Positions 29,646-39,753 of a stretch of 64,000 nt of DNA are shown one piece after another (the stretch's first letter is position 1; every line of letters starts with the position of its first letter). The notes under the pieces were generated by a model, which worked only from the letters and a program-made list of their open reading frames with translations, ran no database searches and was not told the origin of the DNA. The translations under genes were made by a program, and so were the position numbers. Source of the stretch: Candidatus Nomurabacteria bacterium (GTDB taxonomy: Bacteria; Patescibacteriota; Patescibacteriia; HK-STAS-PATE-3); contig CP060223.1 in NCBI GenBank assembly GCA_023898465.1, positions 672,001 through 736,000 on the forward strand, in the 5' to 3' direction.

Positions 29646-30509
29646 TTAACGGGAAAAGAAGCCAACAATATAGCTGGTATTTTCCTCTGCTGCAGCGCTT
29701 GGGAAACGTTGTGCAGAGCTATCACGATCTATCAAATGGAATCTGCCAGCGCCCCTAAGTCGACTTAATTCTAGAAATAATGCAATCCCCGCTTGTGAAT
29801 CAACAGTCACCTCGCTCGCCTTTGTGCTATCCAATGCCTGAAGTACTTTCAAGCTTCTTGCATCCTTTTCCTGCGCTTCTGACTCTGAAATGTAGTGGGA
29901 GAAATCAAAGGAACCAATTACCAAGGTGTTGGGCAGGGTACGACGGTCTATCATTTTTGCCATCTCCCGTGCTACCTCAATTGGCACATTATCTTTCACA
30001 ATAATAGGGATCACTGGAACCCCCGGGTAAGTAGCGGCAATGAAGGGCATGATGTTGTACACCCCGTGTTCGGTATAAAACGGTCCCTCATCATCTGCAA
30101 AATACTGAAGGGTAGCGAGGGCTTGGACATGCACGCTATCGCTTCGGACGGGGCCGAAGCTTGTTTGCCAATTTTTTGATGTAGTTAGGAAGGGTTTGCT
30201 ACCATTTTGAAAATGATTAGGGCTAACGAGAATAATTGCATCAGGCATTTGACTTGATGCTGTTTGGAAAGTTCGGGCAATAAGATCGTCAGCTAAAAGG
30301 TGGTGATTAACTAGGATAGCTTGCACATCTTCGTTCACGACAGGCTGCTTTTTTGCCTTGTCCAACACACCCTCTTCATGCAAGCGCGTAAAAGGAAAGG
30401 CCGACAAACTTTTATGATTTTTCCTCTCTCCTTGAAGGTCGTGGACAATTATTGTTCCAAAAAAACCGACGCAGATACATACGACGGTTAAAACAAGAAG
30501 ACGCTTCAT
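29646..30509 (-). CDS. MEMO1/AmmeMemoRadiSam-system-protein-B-like protein, membrane anchored
   Basis: 287 aa; N-terminal TM; motifs resembling the Memo family (…ILVSPNHF… and …VIGSFDFSHY…). Confidence 0.45.
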   Translation of the reverse strand: MKRLLVLTVVCICVGFFGTIIVHDLQGERKNHKSLSAFPFTRLHEEGVLDKAKKQPVVNEDVQAILVNHHLLADDLIARTFQTASSQMPDAIILVSPNHFQNGSKPFLTTSKNWQTSFGPVRSDSVHVQALATLQYFADDEGPFYTEHGVYNIMPFIAATYPGVPVIPIIVKDNVPIEVAREMAKMIDRRTLPNTLVIGSFDFSHYISESEAQEKDARSLKVLQALDSTKASEVTVDSQAGIALFLELSRLRGAGRFHLIDRDSSAQRFPSAAAEENTSYIVGFFSR

Positions 30510-30513
30510 ACGT

Positions 30514-31212
30514 TTAGCATACTGCTGTCGCTTGTTCTTTGTCTAATACCTGCACGTGCACCTCTCCCCCGCAGTGCTCCTGGATAAGTTTCGTGCATTC
30601 ATCTAGCGCTGCTTGTAAACGTGTTGCATCATAACCGCCTAAGGTTTCGATTTCCAAAATCGCGTTACGAGTCGATTCAGTCAGCTTTGTACGATCAGCT
30701 TCCCGCCAATTCCATCGTCGACACAGCACACCCAGCTCGTCTTTATATACCACCTCACCAGGATCAGGCGGCTCGTTTTCTTCACCACCTAAACGAATGA
30801 AAGGCTCATCACCTTTTGCCTGATCTAATACAATAGCACCTTGCACCGCATCTAAATCCTCGCCACCGATTGGCACGACATACTTTAGCGAAATGTAATT
30901 ATAAATATCTACTAGCGCATTAATATGCATGGGCGGCTCGCCTTTTAAGGTGCGGCGAACCAGCGCTTCTACTGAGCAACGATATTTTTGCGGATCAGTG
31001 CCAAAAGTTTTGTACGCCTGCCGCCAGGCCAAAATATGCGGATGTCGTGACGGCGCTTCATAGCTATCGAAGTGTTTTACTAATTCCTGCTGCATCGCAT
31101 CCCAAGGTAGATCAATTTTTTCTTTTGTGTTCTCAATACCCTTTGCCACAATAACGCCGCAACGAAAATCCGGATAGGTATGAAAAATGCTTGGCTGAAT
31201 GTGTAGTGGCAT
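30514..31212 (-). CDS. Stand-alone B3/B4 tRNA-binding domain protein (PheT-related)
   Basis: 232 aa containing the PF03483-like B3_4 region (…HPHILAWRQAYKTFGTDPQKYRCSVEALVRR…VVPIGGEDLD…). Confidence 0.6.
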   Translation of the reverse strand: MPLHIQPSIFHTYPDFRCGVIVAKGIENTKEKIDLPWDAMQQELVKHFDSYEAPSRHPHILAWRQAYKTFGTDPQKYRCSVEALVRRTLKGEPPMHINALVDIYNYISLKYVVPIGGEDLDAVQGAIVLDQAKGDEPFIRLGGEENEPPDPGEVVYKDELGVLCRRWNWREADRTKLTESTRNAILEIETLGGYDATRLQAALDECTKLIQEHCGGEVHVQVLDKEQATAVC

Positions 31213-31256
31213 AGTGAAACCTTATTGCCGATGCATCTTTGCCTCGGTGAAGTGTG

Positions 31257-32051
31257 TTATTCTTTTATTCCAAAAACTGTGTGCGCGTTTTCCCAGGTTG
31301 CTTCCACTACTTCCTCATAACGTAAACCTTTGAGCTCCGCAATTTTACGGGCAACAAACTCAACGTACAGGGGTTCATTACGCTTCCCGCGATGTGGGAC
31401 CGGGGTGAGATACGGCGCATCAGTCTCAAGCAATATACGATCAAGCGGCACTTCTTTCACCACTTCCAATAATTCTGGTGTGGCATTTTTGAATGTGATG
31501 ACACCGGTAAAGCCCATGTAGGAACCAAAAGCCATGAAGCGCTTTGCCTGCGCTCGATTCCCCATGAAGCAATGAATAAGATGGCGCCCTTGAATGCCTC
31601 GCTCTTCTATCACATCAAGCAACTGATCATACGCATCACGACAATGCATGATAACAGTTTTCTTCGCCTGCTCAGCAATTGCCAGCTGTTGCAAAAAGAC
31701 TTTCTTCTGCTTGATAAAAATTTGCTCTTCCTCCTCCGGTGTTTCTGCCCAAATGCGATACTTATCTAAACCGATTTCACCCACCCCCACAGTATGCTCG
31801 TCCTGGGCCAGTCGCAAATATTCAGCCTCATCTAATTCTTCATCTACCACGTGAATAGGATGCAGACCAACACCTGCGTAGATGTCAGGATATTTGGTAG
31901 CAAAAGCAACAGCCTTCTGACTGGTGTCCAGCTGTGAGCTCGGCATAACCATTTTCATACCTGCCTCGAAACAACGAGCGATCACTGCATCGTGATCCTC
32001 ATCAAACTTCTCAAACTGCAGGTGACAGTGCGTGTCAAAGAGTCGCGGCAT
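31257..32051 (-). CDS. tatD: TatD-family metal-dependent DNase/hydrolase
   Basis: MPRLFDTHCHLQ… N-terminal His motif and conserved …GVGEIGLD… / …HCR… / …LETDAPYL… motifs. Confidence 0.9.
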   Translation of the reverse strand: MPRLFDTHCHLQFEKFDEDHDAVIARCFEAGMKMVMPSSQLDTSQKAVAFATKYPDIYAGVGLHPIHVVDEELDEAEYLRLAQDEHTVGVGEIGLDKYRIWAETPEEEEQIFIKQKKVFLQQLAIAEQAKKTVIMHCRDAYDQLLDVIEERGIQGRHLIHCFMGNRAQAKRFMAFGSYMGFTGVITFKNATPELLEVVKEVPLDRILLETDAPYLTPVPHRGKRNEPLYVEFVARKIAELKGLRYEEVVEATWENAHTVFGIKE

Positions 32052-32053
32052 GT

Positions 32054-32569
32054 CTATGTGAAAATGGAGGTTACACTCTCAATCGCCTTTGGGAAAAGCG
32101 GTACTAGCCAGGCGCTCACTGCAGTAAAATATCCAACCACATCTGATTCTGCCAAACGGTTTGCCCAATCCTCCGATAAAGGTAATCGGCCGATAAACTG
32201 CAGGGTCACTCCAACGATCAAACTTCCTTCAATGAAACCTAGAATCGCACCGCCGACTCGATTGAGTAATTTCATGCCAGGTAGGATGGCGAAGATATGA
32301 AATATCTTATTCGCAAACCAAAAAAGTAAACCCACTGCCTGAGTGACTACAAAGTACACTAAGATAAATCCAACAATATCTGCAACAAGCGCATTCCCGC
32401 CCACGATCGGCTGCACCCAATTAGACACTGAGTCATACCAAATACCGGCGAAGAAGATACCAACAAATACACCGACGAGTGAGCCAATGGTCCGTATGAG
32501 CCCAGACCAAAAACCAGCCCAAACAAAACCGAATACGAGCAAAATGAGAATAATATCGAGTAGTGTCAT
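32054..32569 (-). CDS. cvpA: CvpA-family membrane protein
   Basis: 171 aa, 4 TM helices, typical CvpA N-terminus MTLLDIILILLVFGFVWAGFWSGLIR. Confidence 0.75.
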   Translation of the reverse strand: MTLLDIILILLVFGFVWAGFWSGLIRTIGSLVGVFVGIFFAGIWYDSVSNWVQPIVGGNALVADIVGFILVYFVVTQAVGLLFWFANKIFHIFAILPGMKLLNRVGGAILGFIEGSLIVGVTLQFIGRLPLSEDWANRLAESDVVGYFTAVSAWLVPLFPKAIESVTSIFT

Positions 32570-32611
32570 ATACTCTAGCCTAGCATAGAAAGCTCGACTC
32601 GTCAGCTCAAT

Positions 32612-34057
32612 CTACGCGACAATGCGTGGAAACAAACCCTCACCCTTTACAATTTTTTCCGCCTCTAGCTGCTGACGCATCTTCTCCCCTGCTTCTGGCA
32701 TAAAAGGGCTCACCAAAGGATGTAGGGTGCGCAGACAAAGGATGTAACGTGACAAAGCTGAACGAAGTTCCTCACTCTTTTCCTCTTTCGCCAGCTGCCA
32801 CGGTTTTACTTTTTCGATTTCCTCGTCAATAAGACTGATGGCTTGCTGCAACTTCTGGAGGGCGGTAAAGAAATCAAGCTGCTCAATAGCCTGTCCTATC
32901 TCTGTCGGGAAATGCGTAAAGTCATCGATGGCAACACTCGCGTCAATCTCTCCGTCTAAATATTGCTCTACCATCTTTGTTACCCGCGCAACTACATTAC
33001 CTAAGCCATTAGCTAGAGCGGCCTGATACTGCTCGGCAAAAGCTTCTTCTTTGATATCGCCATCCTGACCAAAGGGAAATTGCGCCAGGAGGAGATAACG
33101 AGTCGCATCAGCGCCATATTGATCAACCAGCGCATTTGGGTCAATGGCATTGCCAAGCGATTTTGACATCTTCTGTCCGTTCACGGTGAAGAAGCCATGG
33201 ATGAATTCCGCTTCAGGTAAAGGTAGATCAGCCGCCAATAACATAGCTGGCCAATACACTGCATGGAATTTCAAAATATCCTTGGCCATCAGATGATACT
33301 GCGCCGGCCACCACTGCTTTACTTTTTCCTCATCGCTGCCGTAGCCAATTGCCGTGAGATAATTGGTCAGCGCTTCTACCCAGACGTAAATGCGCTGCGA
33401 CTCGTCCCAAGGCAAAGGAATCCCCCACTGCACCTTTTCACGACTGACAGAAAAATCAGCTAGGTCCTGTTTAAATAAACCAAGCACTTCTTTCTTGGCC
33501 CATTCTGGTTGAATCTTGATCTTATCTTGTTCGATCGCCTCTTTTACCTTTGGCAACCATTCTTTTAGCTTGAAGAAATAATTTTTTTCTTGAATCTTTT
33601 CCGGCACCGTATTGTGCAGTGGACACTTACCATCCACTAACTCTTTTTCGGTTAAGAAGCGTTCGCAACCGATGCAGTACAAACCTTCGTATTGATCTTC
33701 ATACAAAGCACCTTTCTCGTGGAGTAGGCTAAGGAATTTTTGTGCACCAATTTTATGCCGCTCCTCGGTGGTGCGGAGAAAGTCATTATGAGAAATATTC
33801 AGCTTTTGCCAAGCTGCTCGAAACTGCGCACTCACCTCGTCAGTAAACTGCTCCGGCGTCTTACCCTCCTTTACTGCGCTCTCGGCTACCTTAGCGCCGT
33901 GTTCATCCGTACCGGTGAGAAAGAATACCTGATCATCACCTAACTTACCGCGCCAATAGCGAGCTAAGACATCGGCGGCAATTGTCGTATACGCGCTGCC
34001 AATATGCGGACGCGCATTTACGTAATAAATTGGTGTAGTGACGTAGAATTTCTCCAT
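32612..34057 (-). CDS. metG: Methionine--tRNA ligase (short form, no C-terminal tRNA-binding domain)
   Basis: HIGH motif as PHIGSAY, KMSKS motif KMSKSLGN, MetRS zinc-knuckle region; 481 aa. Confidence 0.92.
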   Translation of the reverse strand: MEKFYVTTPIYYVNARPHIGSAYTTIAADVLARYWRGKLGDDQVFFLTGTDEHGAKVAESAVKEGKTPEQFTDEVSAQFRAAWQKLNISHNDFLRTTEERHKIGAQKFLSLLHEKGALYEDQYEGLYCIGCERFLTEKELVDGKCPLHNTVPEKIQEKNYFFKLKEWLPKVKEAIEQDKIKIQPEWAKKEVLGLFKQDLADFSVSREKVQWGIPLPWDESQRIYVWVEALTNYLTAIGYGSDEEKVKQWWPAQYHLMAKDILKFHAVYWPAMLLAADLPLPEAEFIHGFFTVNGQKMSKSLGNAIDPNALVDQYGADATRYLLLAQFPFGQDGDIKEEAFAEQYQAALANGLGNVVARVTKMVEQYLDGEIDASVAIDDFTHFPTEIGQAIEQLDFFTALQKLQQAISLIDEEIEKVKPWQLAKEEKSEELRSALSRYILCLRTLHPLVSPFMPEAGEKMRQQLEAEKIVKGEGLFPRIVA

Positions 34058-34066
34058 AGCAGCACT

Positions 34067-34741
34067 TTAGCTCGGCGCGACTAAAAGCACAAATTCACCC
34101 TTTTGCGAGGGGCGCTTGGCAATGACTGTGGAGACCTCTGCTAGGCTTCCACGAATAATCTCCTCAAACTGCTTGGTAAGCTCGCGACCTACGACGCACT
34201 TCGCTTCAGGCAAACGTTCGGCCAAGGCTTCAAGCGTTTTTACAATACGATGAGGTGACTCAAAAAGGAGGACTGGGTAGACACTCGAGGCGATTTCATT
34301 CAATAAGGTCTCTCTCCCCTTCTTGTGAGGTAAGAAACCAAGGAAGGTGTAGCGATCTACGGAGAATCCGGCAACAGAAAGTAAAGCAGTCACTGCACTT
34401 GGTCCAGGAATCGGCACAATCGGAATACCAGCCGCCACTGCAGCAGCAACCACTTGATTGCCCGGGTCAGACACGCCCGGCGTACCAGCGTCAGTAACCA
34501 AGGCAGCTGAGGTGCCTGACTGCAACTCCTCAATCATCTTATCCAAACGAGCTAGACGGCTGTGCTGATGAAAAGAAACAAGCCTCTTCTTCACATCATA
34601 ACGCTGCAATAACTTCTGCGTTACCCGGGTATCTTCGCAAATAACAAAATCCACTTCATTGAGGACACGAAGTGCTCGCTGACTGAGATCCTCCAGATTC
34701 CCAATCGGGGTTGCTGCAATAAAGAGTGTTCCGGTGCTCAC
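34067..34741 (-). CDS. rsmI: 16S rRNA (cytidine1402-2'-O)-methyltransferase
   Basis: Tetrapyrrole-methylase fold motifs (…AATPIGNLEDLS…DFVICEDTR…GTPGVSDPG…). Confidence 0.88.
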   Translation of the reverse strand: MSTGTLFIAATPIGNLEDLSQRALRVLNEVDFVICEDTRVTQKLLQRYDVKKRLVSFHQHSRLARLDKMIEELQSGTSAALVTDAGTPGVSDPGNQVVAAAVAAGIPIVPIPGPSAVTALLSVAGFSVDRYTFLGFLPHKKGRETLLNEIASSVYPVLLFESPHRIVKTLEALAERLPEAKCVVGRELTKQFEEIIRGSLAEVSTVIAKRPSQKGEFVLLVAPS

Positions 34742-35805
34742 GACTCTAAACGATTTTGCTCAGCTTTTTTCTCTTTGAGGAAATCCTCTAAAAAGGCATT
34801 GGCAATAATAGTTACCGGGATCGCTAAGATCACACCAACGATACCAGCCAACTTCGCGCCAATTAACATCACCACAATCACCACGACAGGATTTAAGCCA
34901 GTTACCTTTTGCATCACCTTTGGCACGATCAAATTATTCTCCAACTGCTGGATAATAATATAGAGAATAATAACCAAGAGCGCTTTAATCGGCGATTGGG
35001 TAAAGGCAACCAAGACGGCCGGAATAGCTCCGATGAAAGGACCAGCAATTGGAATAAACTCGGTGATGCCAGCGATCAGAGAAAGCACAATTGCAAAATT
35101 CACACCAAGGATACTCAAACCAATGAAGGTCATCACTCCAATGATCAAGCTGAGAATTAACTGTCCGCGCAACCATAGCCCGAGGCGATGCTGAATACGA
35201 TTAATCACTTGGATGATGTAGGGCTGCCAATGAGCCGGGGCAACCGACTGCACAAACTTCTTAATACCCTGCTCCTCCAGCGTCATATAGAAGGTAAGCA
35301 CCAAGACGCCGAAGAGCGTGAAGATGCCACCGAAAAGATTTACCACGCCGGCAAAAATACTTCCGGTAATTTTCACCAGAGATTGGTTTAATGCGTTTAG
35401 CGTTTCTTGAATATTCTGCAGCAGGGTTTGATCACCTGCATCGTTCTGAATATTCAAGCCATTAATCACATTATTATAAATTGTCGGGAATTTATCAGAA
35501 AAGGACTTCACTTGATCAGCCACCAGCGGCACAAAGAGTACTACCGTTAAACTAATCACGCCGAGTAAAATCGTGTAAAGGATGATAATACCCAATACGC
35601 GAGGAATGCCCTTACGCTGTAGCCAGTCCACCCAAGGATCAAGCGCCGAGGCAAAAACCAAAGAAATAAAGACAATCGCAATCACATCGCGAATGAGGAA
35701 AAGCGCCGCTACGAACAATAAAATCACCAGCACTTTTACAATGCCGCTCGTGGTAACTCGTAAAAAGACTTCGTTGTTATTGTTTTGCGTGGCCATACGA
35801 CACAA
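34738..35805 (-). CDS. AI-2E family transporter (PerM/YhhT-like)
   Basis: 355 aa, 7-8 TM helices, UPF0118 pattern; start may be a few codons downstream of ORF M1. Confidence 0.8.
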   Translation of the reverse strand: MCRMATQNNNNEVFLRVTTSGIVKVLVILLFVAALFLIRDVIAIVFISLVFASALDPWVDWLQRKGIPRVLGIIILYTILLGVISLTVVLFVPLVADQVKSFSDKFPTIYNNVINGLNIQNDAGDQTLLQNIQETLNALNQSLVKITGSIFAGVVNLFGGIFTLFGVLVLTFYMTLEEQGIKKFVQSVAPAHWQPYIIQVINRIQHRLGLWLRGQLILSLIIGVMTFIGLSILGVNFAIVLSLIAGITEFIPIAGPFIGAIPAVLVAFTQSPIKALLVIILYIIIQQLENNLIVPKVMQKVTGLNPVVVIVVMLIGAKLAGIVGVILAIPVTIIANAFLEDFLKEKKAEQNRLES

Positions 35806-35887
35806 AGTATAGCTTTGTTTCTAAAAATAGCCAAATCTTCCCGGCAAGTGTCAATAACAAATCAACGAGTAGCGAAAAGACTTTTTA

Positions 35888-37183
35888 TTACTTCTTCACC
35901 AGGTTCTCGAAGCGCTTTGCGTCCTTATAGGGCCCAATAATTGCGAGATTCATCTTCTGCGGATTGATAATTTTGCGAGCCAGAGCATTTACCTCTTCCC
36001 TCGTCACCCGTTGAATCTTTGCCATCTTTTCAGCCGGAGTTTCAATCTTCTTGGTGAGTAGCCACTGCTTCCCAAACCAGGCGCCAATATGATCAGAATC
36101 TTCTAATTCCAGAACCAGCTTACCTTTAATAAATTCCTTCGCTCGTTTCAATTCCGCTTCCGTGATCCCCTGTTTCCGAATCTTCTCCAGCTCCACCAAG
36201 ATTGCCTTGATCGCTTCCTCGGTTCGCTCTTTTGCCACACCGGCTTGAATATAGAGATTGCCAGTATCCTCATACACGGTTGGCGTACAGCGAATAGCAT
36301 AGGCCAGACCGCGGCGCTCTCGGATTTGGATGAAAAGACGTGAGCTCATGTTGCCACCAAGGATGGAAGTCAGTAAAGACAGGGCGGGTAAACTCTTATC
36401 AAAGTAAGAGGCTGCCGGATAACCAATGCCAATCTGAGCCTGCTCAGTCTCTTTGTACATAACCCGCACTCGCGGCTTGGTGCCCGTGTAACGAAAAGGC
36501 TTGAAGGTAAGCTCCTTCTGCTTGGTAGCTGGCACCGTGAAAAGTTTTGCCAATTGCTCATCAATAGTCTCTTCATTATAGCGACCCGATACGACCACCA
36601 TCATATTGCTGGGGAAGTAGTGCGTCTTGTAGAACTTCAAAATAGTGTCGCGAGTCACATTACGAATCACCGAACGAGGCCCGGCGATTAATTGACCAAG
36701 CGTCGAGCCAGCGTACATGGTTTCCTCAAAAATATCCTCGAGGTACATGAGCGGGTTATCCTCGTACATGCTTATCTCTTCGATAATCACAGTGCGCTCT
36801 CGATCGATTTCCTTGGCGTCAAATTTAGAGTTCGCCAACATGTCTGCAATAACATCCAGGGCAAGGTGAAGGTGTTCCGAATTAATTTTAATGTAGTAGC
36901 CCGTGTGATCCTTGCCGGTGAAAGCATTGTACTCCGCTCCCACACCATCCAGTAGGCGTGAAATTGATAAAGTGCTGGGTCGTCGCTTCGTGCCCTTAAA
37001 CATCAAGTGCTCAACAAAGTGGGAAATACCATTTACAGGCTTGCTCTCATGTCGTGAACCAACTTTGGTTAAGACAAGCACAGTCACCGCTTTTGTCTCG
37101 TGCAAAGGCACCTTAAGTACCCGCATACCGTTTTTAAGGACCGAGGTCTGGTATGGCTTCCCTGTCGCAGATTGTTTAGGCAT
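35888..37183 (-). CDS. M16-family zinc peptidase (pitrilysin/insulinase-like)
   Basis: Inverted zinc motif HFVEHLMFKGT (HxxEH); start set at MPKQSATGK (ATG 37183) with AGGAGA SD; track ORF extends to 37255. Confidence 0.8.
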   Translation of the reverse strand: MPKQSATGKPYQTSVLKNGMRVLKVPLHETKAVTVLVLTKVGSRHESKPVNGISHFVEHLMFKGTKRRPSTLSISRLLDGVGAEYNAFTGKDHTGYYIKINSEHLHLALDVIADMLANSKFDAKEIDRERTVIIEEISMYEDNPLMYLEDIFEETMYAGSTLGQLIAGPRSVIRNVTRDTILKFYKTHYFPSNMMVVVSGRYNEETIDEQLAKLFTVPATKQKELTFKPFRYTGTKPRVRVMYKETEQAQIGIGYPAASYFDKSLPALSLLTSILGGNMSSRLFIQIRERRGLAYAIRCTPTVYEDTGNLYIQAGVAKERTEEAIKAILVELEKIRKQGITEAELKRAKEFIKGKLVLELEDSDHIGAWFGKQWLLTKKIETPAEKMAKIQRVTREEVNALARKIINPQKMNLAIIGPYKDAKRFENLVKK

Positions 37184-38486
37184 GAAATTTCTCCTGGAAA
37201 AATGATGGTAGGTCTGCCAGTGCCACGCGTTCCTGTCCCATAGTATCGCGATCACGCACTGTTACTTTTTTATCTTCAGGTGTATCGAAATCAACTGTGA
37301 CGCAATATGGCGTGCCAATCTCATCCTGGCGTCGATAGCGACGACCAATTGAGGCGACTTCATCGTACGCGCACACAAAGTTCGATTTCAACGAGTCAAA
37401 TACTTCAGCAGCTACTTTGGTAAGTGGCTCTTTTTTTGACAATGGCAATATGGCGATTTTAATAGGAGCTAAGTCTTTATGCAGACGCAGCATGACTTCC
37501 TCCTCTTTATTACTCTCTGTAGTGGTTGTCCGTCCGCCCTCTACAACTTCGTAAGCATCGAGGAGAAAGGCTAAGGCAGAGCGCTCTACGCCGAAAGAAG
37601 GTTCAATAACGTATGGAGTAATCTTACCCTTCTCATCAGGGTATTCCATCCCATGTGCTTTCAAATCGTAATCAGTCCGGTTGGAAATACCAATTAACTC
37701 TCCCCAACCTTTGAAGGGCCAGTTATATTCCAGATCAACCGTTGCCTTGGCATAGTGGGCCAGCTCTTCTTTTTTCTGTTTGTACTCACGGACGCTGTTT
37801 TCCTTAATGCCCAGCGACTTAAACCAGGCAATGGATTCCTTCACCCAGTAGTCAAACCACTCCCCGTCTTCACCGGGTCGGACAAAAAACTCTAGCTCCA
37901 TTTGCTCAAATTCCCGTGAACGGAAAATAAAATTACCTGGGGTGATTTCGTTACGAAACGCTTTACCAATCTGCGCAATACCAAATGGTAATTTCATGCG
38001 CATGCTCTGCTGTACGGTTTCGAAGTTTACAAAAATGTTTTGAGCTGTTTCTGGACGTAGATACGCTGTAGAAGCATCGTCCTGCACCGGACCAACAAAG
38101 GTGCGAAACATAAGATTAAAGGCTCTTGCTTCTTCAAATTCTTTCTTGCCACAATTTGGGCAAGTCTCACTCATGTCTTCTTCTTTGAAACGCTGATGGC
38201 AAGATTTGCACTCTACTAGCTTGTCGCTAAATCCGCCCATGTGTCCGCTTTTTTGCCAAACAGTCGGGTTGGTCACAATGGCGCTGTCCAAACCAACCAC
38301 ATCGCGTCGCTCTTGAACAAAGTGTTTCCACCAGGCGCGCTTGATATTATTCTTTAGCTCAACCCCCAGCGGACCCCAATCCCAAAAGCCGCCCAGGCCA
38401 CCGTATTTTTCCGCAGTAGGAAAAATAAAACCACGGCGCTTTGCCAAAGATACCAACCGTTCCATCAAATCAGTTTGCGCGTTCAT
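37176..38486 (-). CDS. glyQS: Glycine--tRNA ligase (alpha2 dimeric type)
   Basis: MNAQTDLMERLVSLAKRRGFIFPTAEKYGGLGGFWDWGPLG is the canonical GlyQS N-terminus; class II motifs; Cys-rich insertion. Start at 38486 (alternative 38465); track ORF M1 at 38588 is unlikely. Confidence 0.9.
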   Translation of the reverse strand: MNAQTDLMERLVSLAKRRGFIFPTAEKYGGLGGFWDWGPLGVELKNNIKRAWWKHFVQERRDVVGLDSAIVTNPTVWQKSGHMGGFSDKLVECKSCHQRFKEEDMSETCPNCGKKEFEEARAFNLMFRTFVGPVQDDASTAYLRPETAQNIFVNFETVQQSMRMKLPFGIAQIGKAFRNEITPGNFIFRSREFEQMELEFFVRPGEDGEWFDYWVKESIAWFKSLGIKENSVREYKQKKEELAHYAKATVDLEYNWPFKGWGELIGISNRTDYDLKAHGMEYPDEKGKITPYVIEPSFGVERSALAFLLDAYEVVEGGRTTTTESNKEEEVMLRLHKDLAPIKIAILPLSKKEPLTKVAAEVFDSLKSNFVCAYDEVASIGRRYRRQDEIGTPYCVTVDFDTPEDKKVTVRDRDTMGQERVALADLPSFFQEKFHA

Positions 38487-38860
38487 ACATAAGGAGTATA
38501 GCCGATGCCTCCCTGCTTCGGCAAGGTTCAAATATTCTACCAGGCGTCCCTGCCTTCGCAAGGCTATAAATAGAAAGCCCCGCCTCATCTCAATACAAAG
38601 TGTTGTGATGGACGGGGCATGGGTTTAGGACGACGCATCGTCATCCTTCTTCTCTGGGTCGGGCTTCTCCTCCTCATCTTTTGGAGGATCACCACTCCCC
38701 CCGCTCGGTCGCCAATCCGTTGCAAAACGAACTGGCTCAATGAGCACTGGAGCTTCAGGTTCAGGCTCTTCCGGCGGCGGCTGTTCTGGAATTTTCATCA
38801 CGCGCTCCTTTTCGCCTCCATGGCATCAGCATCTTTCACCAAGTTGAAAAAGAAGTCAAT

Positions 38861-38921
38861 AAGAAAAAGCCTCGCCTCGCACTTCGCTCACCCAAGGGTG
38901 AAAGAAGATACGAGACGAGGC
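38861..38921 (-). terminator. Long-hairpin rho-independent terminator (repeat copy 1)
   Basis: Minus strand: GCCTCGTCTCG-…TCACCCTTGGGTGA…-CGAGGCGAGGC followed by TTTTTCTTATT. Near-identical to the copy at 40316..40376. Confidence 0.65.
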
Positions 38922-38939
38922 GCTAGCAATGTGCAATCC

Positions 38940-39494
38940 TCACAGCGCATCGAAGCTGATCAGTCGACCATCAGGACCAAAAACCCAAAGTCGACTCAGC
39001 CGCTCTAATGTTTGACGGAAGTTTTCCCTGTACTGCTCCAGCGTCGCCCGAACGATTTCCTGGCAATCCTCACCCTGAAGATTCGGGTCTGACTTCAGGG
39101 CAATGATATCGTCCCGGTAGCTTATCGCCGCCTGACGAAGCGCTGCAGCAATCCGACCATTCTGCTCGTGCACAAACTCCCTTCTCAATTGGCCTATGTA
39201 GGCCGCAGCCTGCTGCTCATAGTACTCGATGATCGCCCTGGACACTGCTTCAGCAACACTCAAACGAGTGGCGTAGTGAAGCTTGATCAGCTCCAGTGCT
39301 CTGGAATGGATTTGCCGGCGAAGCCTCCAGTCAAAACCAAAGTGTCCGAGACCTCGACAACGCTCCCTGGCTTCAGCTACTACCGCGTCAACATCCAGAT
39401 CGTTCAGCCCACTCTCCAAGGCCTGCGGCGAGGCACGTACCAAAGCAGATGAGTCAGTTGAGATAAACTCCCAGTTATCCTCTTCTCTACCCAT
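38940..39494 (-). CDS. Hypothetical protein (third gene of a 3-gene operon)
   Basis: Start set at MGREEDNWEF (ATG 39494) with GGAGG SD overlapping the stop of the upstream gene; track ORF extends to 39581. No family recognised. Confidence 0.5.
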   Translation of the reverse strand: MGREEDNWEFISTDSSALVRASPQALESGLNDLDVDAVVAEARERCRGLGHFGFDWRLRRQIHSRALELIKLHYATRLSVAEAVSRAIIEYYEQQAAAYIGQLRREFVHEQNGRIAAALRQAAISYRDDIIALKSDPNLQGEDCQEIVRATLEQYRENFRQTLERLSRLWVFGPDGRLISFDAL

Positions 39495-39498
39495 AGGT

Positions 39499-39750
39499 CT
39501 AACCTCCTGGCAGAAGGAGCTGGCCTGCACCAAGTCTCCGTATCTGCTGATCATAGGATTGAAGCTGTCGTTCACGCTCACCAGATGCTAGACCCAATTT
39601 CGTCAGCTCAGCATCGAGCTTTCTTCGCTCCTCAATCAGGACTTCGGCAATTCGCTGCCGCGCTTCCTTCTGTATTCCCTCAACTTCGTCTCGGGTATGT
39701 TGTACGATTGTCCGAATGGACGCTAAGACCTCACTCTCTTCCACGGGCAC
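39499..39750 (-). CDS. Hypothetical small coiled-coil protein
   Basis: 83 aa, Glu/Arg-rich helix; tightly coupled to flanking genes (3-4-nt gaps). Confidence 0.45.
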   Translation of the reverse strand: MPVEESEVLASIRTIVQHTRDEVEGIQKEARQRIAEVLIEERRKLDAELTKLGLASGERERQLQSYDQQIRRLGAGQLLLPGG

Positions 39751-39753
39751 ACC

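Noticed and set aside
38619-39008. 129-aa plus ORF and the 87-aa plus ORF at 40308..40571 sharing the peptide ASHFAHPRVKEDTRRG
   Set aside because: The shared peptide is the translation of the two copies of the terminator repeat; both ORFs are on the strand opposite to all local genes and are artefacts of the repeat.
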